63,142 bases of DNA from an uncultured bacterium. Lineage in GTDB: Bacteria > Deinococcota > Deinococci > Deinococcales > Trueperaceae. Shown in pieces: positions 50,568-58,653 of the stretch (position 1 is the first letter of the stretch; every line of letters starts with the position of its first letter). The stretch is taken from the NCBI GenBank assembly GCA_964582795.1, contig CAZOTV010000008.1, forward strand, positions 1-63,142, written 5' to 3'. The translations under genes and the position numbers were made by a program. The notes beneath the pieces were generated by a model. That model was given only the letters and a program-made list of their open reading frames with translations, was not told the origin of the DNA and ran no database searches.

Positions 50568-50753
50568 CTACGCGGCTGCGAGCGGTTGGCCTCCCGACGC
50601 GCGCCCCTCCGGCACCACGCGTGAAGCGTCGAGCGCCTGCCGCACGGCGTCGACGGAAGCAAGGACACGAACGTCTCGGATGATGACGCGGTCGCCTTCG
50701 AACACGAACTTGGTGCTCCGTTCGAGGCGGCGCCTGGCATCGACGCGATCCAT
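50568..50753 (-). CDS. Small ORF (61 aa) directly upstream of the permuted SARP regulator
   Basis: AGGAGG lies 6 nt upstream of the ATG at 50753 (MDRVDARRRLERSTKFVFEGDRVIIRDVRVLASVDAVRQALD...). Same strand as the regulator, 38 nt upstream of it. Confidence 0.45.
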   Translation of the reverse strand: MDRVDARRRLERSTKFVFEGDRVIIRDVRVLASVDAVRQALDASRVVPEGRASGGQPLAAA

Positions 50754-50920
50754 GGTGGACCTCCTGGTCACACCCGCACCGTAGTCGGAGGGGCGCTTCC
50801 GAGGCGCTTCACGGCGGCTCGCGAGCATGCGCGTTCCTCACACGCCGGGTGCTGAAGGTGACGCGCGTCCAGGACGCTCGAACGACGGTTCCGCGGGGCT
50901 TCGACCTCGACCGATCGGCA

Positions 50921-50955
50921 TTGAAGCGGGTTTGAAGCGCCCTGACGACTAGCGT
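50921..50955 (+). promoter_or_regulatory. Two TTGAAGCG direct repeats with 11-bp phasing, followed 10 nt later by a -10-like TAGCGT (SARP-type activator site candidate)
   Basis: Repeats at 50921-50928 and 50932-50939, TAGCGT at 50950-50955, then AAGGAGG at 50967-50973 and the ATG at 50980. Confidence 0.45.
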
Positions 50956-50979
50956 GCTCGCATACCAAGGAGGTCGTTC

Positions 50980-51144
50980 ATGCTTCGTCTTCGCCATGCC
51001 GTCCGCGCCTTCACCGTCACCACCGTCCTCGCAGCGTTGGCCCTCTCGTTCACGCTCGGCTCGTCGCTCGTGGCGTCTTCGGCAACCTCCGGCAGCATCG
51101 TGGTCGACGGCGGCCACCAGCACGGCGACTACGACGCGGGCTGA
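50980..51144 (+). CDS. Small secreted peptide precursor (54 aa; not in ORF track)
   Basis: Own translation: MLRLRHAVRAFTVTTVLAALALSFTLGSSLVASSATSGSIVVDGGHQHGDYDAG. It has a Sec-type signal and a short acidic/His C-terminal part. Strong SD. Confidence 0.55.
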   Translation: MLRLRHAVRAFTVTTVLAALALSFTLGSSLVASSATSGSIVVDGGHQHGDYDAG

Positions 51145-51240
51145 GACGCGCCGTCCGACGTCGCTCCGGCGCTCCCACCGCCCTCGTTCGACGTCGTCAC
51201 GGCCCCGTCTCCGCCTCGTCTAGGCCCCGTAGCCCGATCC

Positions 51241-52026
51241 ATGCGCCGTTCCCCCCCGGCTGCCCGACTGCCCAGCCTTCACGAGCTTCGCTTCCACTAC
51301 CAGCCGATCGCGCCCCTGGCCGGGCACGAACCCGGTTGGTCCGAGGCCCTGGTCCGGTGGGCGTTGCCCGACGGCACCGTCCGCGGCCCGTTGGACGTCC
51401 TGCCGCACTGGCTCGCGCCAGGCCGCTTGGAGACGTTCACGCAACACACCCTTCGAAGCGCGGCAGCGGCCGTCGCCGACGCGAACGGCGCGGTCGTCTC
51501 GGTGAACATGAGCCCGACGCAGGTGATGCACCCAGCAGCGCTCGCCGAACTGGAACGGCTGCTCCCGGAGATCCGCGCGCGCGTCCGCATCGAACTGACA
51601 GAGGAGCGTGTCCACGACCCCGGTGGGCTGCGCGACGCCATCACCGTGTTGCGGGAGCGATGCCAGATCTTGCTGCTCGACGACGTGACGCCGGAAGACC
51701 TCGGTCACCGCGCGTACGACGGGGACTCCGTCGACGGCGTGAAGCTCGACCGGGCGGTGGTCGCTCTGTTCTTTGACACCGCTCGACGACCCGACGTCAC
51801 GCGCTTCGTTCGCGCGGCCGCCGAGAGGTTCCCGATCGTCGTAGCCGAGGGCATCGAGGACCCGGCGATGTGCGACGCACTCGCAGAGCTCGGCGTCACC
51901 CACGCCCAGGGCTTCGGCATCGCGCGGCCCACGCCTTTGCTCGCGTCGGCGCCGCCACGAGTGCCGTCCGAACGGGAACCGGCGACGCCCGACCGACCGA
52001 CCCGACCCGCTGCGCCATCCGCCTGA
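51241..52026 (+). CDS. Stand-alone EAL-domain protein (c-di-GMP phosphodiesterase-like)
   Basis: YQPI, EALVRW, VNMS, ELTEE, KLD, AEGIE and QGF motifs. The DDxGxGxS loop is atypical (LLDDVTPEDLG). Confidence 0.75.
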   Translation: MRRSPPAARLPSLHELRFHYQPIAPLAGHEPGWSEALVRWALPDGTVRGPLDVLPHWLAPGRLETFTQHTLRSAAAAVADANGAVVSVNMSPTQVMHPAALAELERLLPEIRARVRIELTEERVHDPGGLRDAITVLRERCQILLLDDVTPEDLGHRAYDGDSVDGVKLDRAVVALFFDTARRPDVTRFVRAAAERFPIVVAEGIEDPAMCDALAELGVTHAQGFGIARPTPLLASAPPRVPSEREPATPDRPTRPAAPSA

Positions 52027-52095
52027 GGTTCGCGTGCGGCTGCCGCCTCACGACGAGTCCGCCTCGGCCGCGCACGTCGAATCGTCTCCGATCGA

Positions 52096-52803
52096 TCAGT
52101 CCTCGTCGTAGACGCGCGCGAACGCGACGCTCAGCATGTACGGCGTACGCCCTTCCTGCAACTTCGCGCGCGCCCCGTCCTCGCCCGAGCCGACCGCATC
52201 GCGCAGCGGGTAGCGGCGCAGGAGATCCAGCAACCGGACTTGGATCTCGCGCGCCTCCGCTTCGGTCAACGCTACGTCGACGGCGTAGTCCAGGCCCGGA
52301 GGGCGTGTCGGGTCGTCGAGCCTCGTCTCCTTCGTCTCGTCGGGCGCGCCGACGAACCACGGGTCGCCACTGGCGTGACGATACAGCCGGTAGCCGTCCC
52401 AGCGTTGACCGCGCAACTGCAGCGCCACGAGACGGGCGAAGCGCCGCGCGTTCGCCTGGTAACCGGCGGCGAAGGCCTCCTCCAGCGTCGCGAACGAGGT
52501 GAGCCCGTACGGGATCAGGTAGGCGTCGTGACTGGAGCGGTAGAGCTTGACGGGGCGACCAGCACGCTTGCGCTCACCGACGACCTCGAGCAGGCCGACG
52601 CGCACGAAGGTCCCGACACGGTAGAGCATCTTGCTCGGCTTGCAGCCCACCTCCGCGGCGGCATCCGTGACGCTGACGGACCGCCCTAGGAACGGCTCGA
52701 AGTAGCGCCGCACGTCCGTGTCCATCAGCATGTCGGCTTGGCGCTCATCGTCGATGCGATGGAACGTCGCCTTCGGAGAGCTACCTGAATTGGCATCTGT
52801 CAT
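52096..52803 (-). CDS. Winged-HTH (ArsR-like) transcriptional regulator with a C-terminal domain of unknown function
   Basis: In-frame ATG at 52803 (MTDANSGSSPKATFHRIDDE...). HTH-like VTDAAAEVGCKPSKMLYRVGTFVRVGLLEVVG. Confidence 0.65.
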   Translation of the reverse strand: MTDANSGSSPKATFHRIDDERQADMLMDTDVRRYFEPFLGRSVSVTDAAAEVGCKPSKMLYRVGTFVRVGLLEVVGERKRAGRPVKLYRSSHDAYLIPYGLTSFATLEEAFAAGYQANARRFARLVALQLRGQRWDGYRLYRHASGDPWFVGAPDETKETRLDDPTRPPGLDYAVDVALTEAEAREIQVRLLDLLRRYPLRDAVGSGEDGARAKLQEGRTPYMLSVAFARVYDED

Positions 52804-52845
52804 TCGATGTAGATTACCGCGCAGCCTAGCTGCATGGAACGCACC
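52751..52845. repeat. Right copy of the imperfect ~95-nt direct repeat (partner at 23096-23190)
   Basis: See the left copy. Here it covers the intact regulator's 5' end and an ATG at 52834 homologous to the MFS start. That ATG opens only a 41-codon frame (MERTPVAS...). Confidence 0.8.
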
Positions 52846-53024
52846 CCTGTTGCATCCGTCGCCGGCGCCCACACGTCGAAGCTCGCCGACGACGCCCGGC
52901 CACGCGTGACCACGTACGCGAAGCATGCGCGGGCGCCCGGCGAAGGGCTACGATGGTGACGGAGACGAGACGTGATCCCGTCGGCGAGCGGTAGGTCGGG
53001 AGTGGCGCCCCGTGGGAGGGTGAC

Positions 53025-54689
53025 ATGCGACGGCTTACCGCTTTCGTCGTGGCTTGCGCCCTGCTGGTGGCGGGCGCGAAGGGCCTCGCCCAGGCCGAGG
53101 TGGTGGCGGGAACGGTCGACTCGGCCGTCATCGGGTTGCTCCCCATCGGAGCGGTCGCCCGCGGCAGCCTGGCCGGATCCGCCCAGGGAACGAGCTACCA
53201 CACGTACATCCTCGACGTCCCCGTGGGGACCGGGCGCCTGACCCTGCTGTTGGACGCCGACGCCGACCTCGACCTCGCCGTTCGCTACGGCGCCGAGATC
53301 ACCAGCTACGACGAGCGCGGCCAGGGCGGCGACTGGGACTTCCGCGACGTCGGGACGGCGAACCCGGCCACCTTGGTGCTCGAGAACCCGGGCGCCGGAA
53401 GGTGGTACGTGGATGTCTTCAACCCCCTGGGCGCCGGCGCCGTCGGCACCTACCGCCTGAGCGTCACCACGGGCGCCGTCACCGCCGCGCCGAACGTGCC
53501 CGCGGCGGTCCAACCGGTGAGCGTCCCCGACGTCTGCCCGCTCTCTGCGGCGCTACCCGAAGCTGCGGCGTACGGCCCGCCGGCCACGATCCACACCGGG
53601 ACACGGTTGGTGTACTTCGGCATCACGGCGACCGTGCCGGGTGTCGGGATCGAGCTCGTTCTCGACGAGAACGGCGAGTGGATCAACGAACAGACCGGGC
53701 AGCGCTGGGGCGAACGCGAGACCCGCGGCACCAGCGGCGGCGGCTTCACCGTGCTGCGCGTCGGGTACCTCGACCAGCAGGTGGCGCAACTCAGCTCGGC
53801 GCTGTACGGCTGGGACATCGGCACCGGGCTCGCCGGTTACTCCACGTCGTGGGGCCTGGTGACGCAAGCGGGCTGCGCCGCCGACTACTGGATCCACCCG
53901 GCCGCCCTCGCGACCCTGCCGAGCGTGAACACCGGCGGCGTTCGCGTACTCAGGATGCCGTACCGCGTCGGCGAGACGATCTACGACGCCATCCGCATCC
54001 AGACCTGGACGGGGTCGGGCTATACCGCCTACGTCTACGACCTCCAGACCGGCCTGATGGTGTTCTACGGTTCGCGGCGCGGCGGCACGGCGGTGATCAC
54101 GCCCGGCGCCGGGGACCGCGCCCAGGTGGGCGAAGGTTCGACGCAGCTCATCACCATCTGGTTCGTCGAAGCGCGCGACGTGAACGTGCCGTGGCAGAAC
54201 GCGCCCACGCCCGCGTGGGTCGGGCAACTCGGGCAGCTGCGGTACCAGGGAACGCTGACCGCCACGACCATCGGCGCCAGCACGTACCGGACGGCGATCG
54301 AGCAGGTCGTCACGGCCGACGCCCGCGGCGCCAACTGGCTGCATGTGCAAACGCTGGCGATCACGCAGAACCTTCAGGGCGTCCCGCCATCGACGTCCAC
54401 GACGGTGGGGAGCTACGGACCGGCGTCCATCGGCGGGCTGTGGATCGCGCCGCAGGGCCTGCGGGCGTTGCAGCCCGGGCAGGTCATCGACCAAGTCGAG
54501 TCGGTCGGCGCCACCATCCGCGTGAGCGCCGTGAACGCGAACCAGGTCGTGATCACGGAGGAGGGCCCGCTCCACCGGATCGACTACGTCTACGACGTCG
54601 GATCGGGAATCCTCACGGGGTACACGCTCACGCAACAGGTGAGCATCACGCAGATGGTGTACGAGATGCACTTGGTGCAAGGACCTTGA
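53025..54689 (+). CDS. Secreted protein with an N-terminal pre-peptidase-C-terminal (PPC)-like beta-sandwich; remainder unknown
   Basis: GGGAGGG lies upstream of the ATG. Signal peptide ...AGAKGLAQA. YHTYILDVPVGTGRLTLLLDADADLDLAVRY...GTYRLSV resembles PPC domains. Confidence 0.7.
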   Translation: MRRLTAFVVACALLVAGAKGLAQAEVVAGTVDSAVIGLLPIGAVARGSLAGSAQGTSYHTYILDVPVGTGRLTLLLDADADLDLAVRYGAEITSYDERGQGGDWDFRDVGTANPATLVLENPGAGRWYVDVFNPLGAGAVGTYRLSVTTGAVTAAPNVPAAVQPVSVPDVCPLSAALPEAAAYGPPATIHTGTRLVYFGITATVPGVGIELVLDENGEWINEQTGQRWGERETRGTSGGGFTVLRVGYLDQQVAQLSSALYGWDIGTGLAGYSTSWGLVTQAGCAADYWIHPAALATLPSVNTGGVRVLRMPYRVGETIYDAIRIQTWTGSGYTAYVYDLQTGLMVFYGSRRGGTAVITPGAGDRAQVGEGSTQLITIWFVEARDVNVPWQNAPTPAWVGQLGQLRYQGTLTATTIGASTYRTAIEQVVTADARGANWLHVQTLAITQNLQGVPPSTSTTVGSYGPASIGGLWIAPQGLRALQPGQVIDQVESVGATIRVSAVNANQVVITEEGPLHRIDYVYDVGSGILTGYTLTQQVSITQMVYEMHLVQGP

Positions 54690-54698
54690 GCCCGAGCG

Positions 54699-55490
54699 CT
54701 AGTCGCGCGCGTCGGCTCCGAGGAGCTTCGGTAGGTCGCCGATTCGCCCGACCACGCTGAAGAGCCCCACCGCCACCAGGAAGAACAGCAACGAGATGGC
54801 CGCCATCACCGGGCTGTAGCCATAACGCAGGCTGTTGAAGATCTTCACCGGCAGCGTCTCCATGGTGAAGCCGACGGTCATGTAGGCGATGATGTACTCG
54901 TTCAACGACAACACGAACGCGAAGGTGAAACCGGCGATGAGGTAGGGCCGGATGTACGGCAACACGATGGTGCGGAACACGGTGCGTCCGCGCGCGCCCA
55001 TGGTGGTGGCGGCCTCGACCAATTCGGGGTGCAGGCTCTGCAATCCCACCGTCAGCGTCGCCAGCGGCAGCGTGGTCAGGAACACGCCGTGTGAGAGCAC
55101 CACGGTGAACGGCTTGCCGAAGCTCTGCAGCACGATCCAGAGCGCCAGCGCGCCCAGAGCGGTGATGACGGGCGGAAGCGCGAAGGGCGCCAGGCCGAGC
55201 ACCAGCAGGAAGCGCGCGTAGCCCAAGCGGTAGCGCCACACCACGTACGAGAGCGGGAGCGCGATCGACACGGCGATCACGCCCGCCAGCAGCGCGACGA
55301 CCAGGCTGTTGGTCGCAGGCACGTACCACGCCGGGTCGGTGAAGAACTCGCCGTACCACGCGAGCGACAGCCCCTGAGGTGGGAAGAACAGCACCTTGCG
55401 GGCGTTGAGCGACACGCCGAGGATCACGACGATCGGCAGCAGCAGGTACGTGGCCACCATGGCGAAGAACGCGCGCCTGAGCCACGTCAT
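54699..55490 (-). CDS. ABC transporter permease (PotC-like)
   Basis: In-frame ATG at 55490 (MTWLRRAFFAMVATYLLLP) overlaps the upstream stop (ATGA). EAA-like loop ELVEAATTMGARGRTVFRTIVLP. Confidence 0.85.
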   Translation of the reverse strand: MTWLRRAFFAMVATYLLLPIVVILGVSLNARKVLFFPPQGLSLAWYGEFFTDPAWYVPATNSLVVALLAGVIAVSIALPLSYVVWRYRLGYARFLLVLGLAPFALPPVITALGALALWIVLQSFGKPFTVVLSHGVFLTTLPLATLTVGLQSLHPELVEAATTMGARGRTVFRTIVLPYIRPYLIAGFTFAFVLSLNEYIIAYMTVGFTMETLPVKIFNSLRYGYSPVMAAISLLFFLVAVGLFSVVGRIGDLPKLLGADARD

Positions 55491-56392
55491 GGCATCCTCC
55501 TGCGGGCTCCTAGCGCCAACATGAGCAAGCTCACGACCGCGCTCGTGACCAGCAACACGATGGCCAGCGCCGACGCGAGCGGCAGGTTCGCCTTCATCAC
55601 CGCTTGGTCGGTGATGTGCACCGGGATCGTCCATTGCGCCGGCCGACCGAGCGTCTGTGGGATGACGTAGGCGCCGAGTACGAAGATGAACACCAACGCG
55701 CCGGTGGCGGCGATCGGCGCCCGCATCAACGGCAGCACCACGGTGGCGAACCCGCGGATCGGCGAAGCGCCCATCGTTCCGGCCGCTTCGGGCAGTTCGG
55801 GGTTCAAGCGGGACATGGTGGGGTACAGCGAGAGCACCGCCAGCGGCAGCGCCACGAACACGTACGCGAGCACCACCGCCGCGAGGCCAGGGCTCCACGC
55901 CGCCGGTTCGCTTCGAAGGCCCAGCCAAACCAGCGCGTTCGACAGACCCGAGGTGCGCGACAGCAGCACCGACCATGTGAACGACACGATCACCTCGGAA
56001 AGCGAGAGCGACGCGAGCACGAGCACCAGGAACGGTACCTGCCGTCTGCGCGGCCGCCGCGCGAGGAGGTACGTGAACGGCACGCCGACCGCGAGGCAGA
56101 TCACGGTCGCTGCGAGCGCCAGCGCCACCGAGATGCCGAGGCGCTCGAGATGGAACGGCTCCAACGCGCGCTGGTAGTTGCCGAGCACGAACGCCGGCTC
56201 GAAGAACCCCGCAGGCAGCCGACGGAACACGCTGACCGCGACGATGATGCCGAGCGGCACGACGAACAAGCCGACCAACGCGACGGACGGCCATGCCAGC
56301 AGCAGATGCGGCCATGGGCCGGCGCTGCCGGGGCGGCGCCGGCTGGGAGGTTGCGCACGCCCGTCCTGGCGCACTCGATCCCCTCGTTCCAT
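55487..56392 (-). CDS. ABC transporter permease (PotB-like)
   Basis: EAA-like loop ELPEAAGTMGASPIRGFATVVLP. Start taken as the ATG at 56392 (MERGD...); a GTG at 56419 is also possible. Confidence 0.82.
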   Translation of the reverse strand: MERGDRVRQDGRAQPPSRRRPGSAGPWPHLLLAWPSVALVGLFVVPLGIIVAVSVFRRLPAGFFEPAFVLGNYQRALEPFHLERLGISVALALAATVICLAVGVPFTYLLARRPRRRQVPFLVLVLASLSLSEVIVSFTWSVLLSRTSGLSNALVWLGLRSEPAAWSPGLAAVVLAYVFVALPLAVLSLYPTMSRLNPELPEAAGTMGASPIRGFATVVLPLMRAPIAATGALVFIFVLGAYVIPQTLGRPAQWTIPVHITDQAVMKANLPLASALAIVLLVTSAVVSLLMLALGARRRMP

Positions 56393-56397
56393 CGCGT

Positions 56398-57441
56398 TCA
56401 CGCGGACAACACCACGCACGCGTCGGCCGGGAACTCCACCCAGACCGGCGTGCCCTCTGCTAGGTGCGGCGCGCCGACGACGGCGATCTCTTGGTCGCCT
56501 ACCCGCACGAGCGTCTCCACCATGCGCCCGAGATCGCGCACGAACGACACGCTCCCCTCGACGGCGGGCGCGTCGGGCGCGCTCGTATGTAGACGCACGT
56601 CTTCCGGCCGGATCGAGACGGTCACGTCGCCCTGGACGCCGGCAGGCGCCTTCAGCGGGAGGGCGCGCCCCAGCGCCTCGACACCGCCTGACGACCGCAC
56701 CTGCGCCGGCAGGAAGTTGTTGGTGCCGATGAAGTCGGCGACGAACCGGTTGACGGGCCTGCGGTACACCTCCAGCGGCGGGCCTACCTGCTGCACCCGG
56801 TTGTCGCCCATCACCACCACCAGGTCGGCCATCGTCATGGCCTCTTCCTGATCGTGGGTGACGATGATGGTGGTGATCCCGAGTTGCCCATGCAGGCGCT
56901 TGAGCTCGACCTGCATCTCCTCGCGCAGCTTCGCGTCGAGCGCGGAAAGCGGTTCGTCGAGCAGGAAGAGGTCGGGGTCGAGCGCCAGTGCGCGCGCCAT
57001 CGCCACACGCTGCCGTTGACCGCCCGAGAGTTGCGCCGTGCTCCGGCGACTCACGTTGGGCAGCTTGACGAGTTCCAGCAGCTCCTCGGCGCGCTGCAGA
57101 CGCTCACGCTTCGGCACGCCGCGGATGCGCAGCCCGTACGCGACGTTCTCCGCGACGTTCAGGTGCGGGAAGAGCGCATACGACTGGAACACCATGCCGA
57201 TGTTGCGCTTGTGTGCCGGCACCGCGGTGAGATCGACGTCACCCAAGAAGACGCTACCGGCCGAGGGCGTCTCGAGTCCGGCGATGATGCGCAGCAGCGT
57301 GGTCTTCCCACACCCCGAGGGACCCAGGAAGCAGATGAGCTTGCCAGGCGGCAGGTCGAGCTCGACGTCGTCGAGCGCGACCGTAGGACCGAACGCCTTC
57401 GAGAGGCCGCGAACCGAGAGTGGGCGCAGCCGCTCGCTCAT
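56398..57441 (-). CDS. ABC transporter ATP-binding protein (PotA/FbpC-like with a C-terminal TOBE-type domain)
   Basis: Walker A GPSGCGKTT, signature LSGGQRQR and Walker B LFLLDEP. Confidence 0.9.
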   Translation of the reverse strand: MSERLRPLSVRGLSKAFGPTVALDDVELDLPPGKLICFLGPSGCGKTTLLRIIAGLETPSAGSVFLGDVDLTAVPAHKRNIGMVFQSYALFPHLNVAENVAYGLRIRGVPKRERLQRAEELLELVKLPNVSRRSTAQLSGGQRQRVAMARALALDPDLFLLDEPLSALDAKLREEMQVELKRLHGQLGITTIIVTHDQEEAMTMADLVVVMGDNRVQQVGPPLEVYRRPVNRFVADFIGTNNFLPAQVRSSGGVEALGRALPLKAPAGVQGDVTVSIRPEDVRLHTSAPDAPAVEGSVSFVRDLGRMVETLVRVGDQEIAVVGAPHLAEGTPVWVEFPADACVVLSA

Positions 57442-57454
57442 GGTCGAGATGTGC

Positions 57455-57478
57455 GGGGGCGCTGCAAGCAGCGCCCCC
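57455..57478 (-). other. Intercistronic GC stem-loop between the binding-protein and ATPase genes
   Basis: gggggcgctgc-aa-gcagcgccccc, a 10-11 bp perfect stem. There is no U-tract, so it is more likely an mRNA-stability or processing element than a terminator. Confidence 0.5.
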
Positions 57479-57547
57479 CACTCCGTGCGTGGCGCGCCCG
57501 AAGCACGCCCGTTCCCAGCACGTGACTCGCTGGAACCACGGCGGTGT

Positions 57548-58612
57548 TCAACGCGTGACGCGCTCGGACCAGACCTGATCGAGCCACTCGCTGCGCTCGA
57601 GGTAGATGTCGTAGCGCGGGATGATCGGGGTGATCTCGCTCGACACCGCCGCGAACTCCTCTTCGGTGAGCGTCAGGTGCTCGCGTTCCACCGTCGGGGC
57701 GGTGCCGATGCTGCGGGCCACCAGGTCCTGGATCTCGGGCTGCATGAACCAGTCGATGAACGCGTGCGCCTCGTCGACCTTGTCCGAAGCGCGGGTCACC
57801 GCCCAGGATCCGGAGTCGAGCACGCCGCCCTCTTGCGGGAAGGTCGAGCGTACCGGGAAGCCGTCCGCGGCCGCGAGACCGGTGACGTCGTGGTAGTACT
57901 GCCCCATCGGGATCTCACCCGACTGCAGCGCCTGCTGGAACTGACCCTCGTCGCGGTACCACAGCTGCACGTTCGGACGGAGCTCCTCGAGCTTCGTGAT
58001 CACCTCGAGGATGCCTTCCTCCGTGTCGAGGATGTCGGTACCCCCGAAGAACGTCGTCGCCGTGATCTCGAGCAGGAACGAGTTGGACGCCAGCGCCAGC
58101 AGCCCGAGTTGGTTCGAGTGATCGCCCCACATCTCGGCCCACGACGTAGGTGCTTCCGGGAAGACGTCGGTGTTGCTCACCAGCGTCACGTACCAAGAGA
58201 CCGCGCCCACGCCCACGAGCTCCCCGGCGGCGTTCCGGTTGAGCAGTTGCGGGCGCATGTAGTGCAGGTTCGTCAGCGCGCTCTCGTCCAGCGGTAGCCA
58301 GAGCTCCGAGGCGATGCCGCGCTGCATCGCGACCTGCGCCATCATCGAGACGTCCGCCGGCGCCTGGCCGGCACGCGCGGCGGTCTCGAGCTGCACCAGC
58401 CACGCCTCGCCGGTGGGCTCGGCCACGGACTCGACGGCGATGCCGGTGTCCTCGGTGAAGCGCGGGAAGATGTATTGATCGAAGCTGTCCTTGAAGTACC
58501 CGCCGTACACCCCGATCTTGAGACTGCGGTCCTGGGCGGACGCCAGACCGCCCAGCGCCAAACCGGTCAGGGCGAGCAGGGCGACGAACGTGCGGATGGT
58601 CCTGATCTTCAT
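57548..58612 (-). CDS. ABC transporter periplasmic substrate-binding protein (PotD/family-1-like)
   Basis: In-frame ATG at 58612 (MKIRTIRTFVALLALTGLALGGLASAQD signal). GAGGAAG lies upstream. The 90 upstream codons of the track ORF are Arg-rich junk. Confidence 0.82.
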   Translation of the reverse strand: MKIRTIRTFVALLALTGLALGGLASAQDRSLKIGVYGGYFKDSFDQYIFPRFTEDTGIAVESVAEPTGEAWLVQLETAARAGQAPADVSMMAQVAMQRGIASELWLPLDESALTNLHYMRPQLLNRNAAGELVGVGAVSWYVTLVSNTDVFPEAPTSWAEMWGDHSNQLGLLALASNSFLLEITATTFFGGTDILDTEEGILEVITKLEELRPNVQLWYRDEGQFQQALQSGEIPMGQYYHDVTGLAAADGFPVRSTFPQEGGVLDSGSWAVTRASDKVDEAHAFIDWFMQPEIQDLVARSIGTAPTVEREHLTLTEEEFAAVSSEITPIIPRYDIYLERSEWLDQVWSERVTR

Positions 58613-58653
58613 GCTTCCTCCTCGACCGCACAGGGCGTTCTCCCCCGGGGCGG

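Noticed and set aside
52834-52959. 41-codon ORF MERTPVASVAGAHTSKLADDARPRV... as a real small gene.
   Set aside because: Its start region is the homolog of the MFS start in the left repeat copy. It has no SD and terminates quickly. It is best explained as a decayed 5' remnant.
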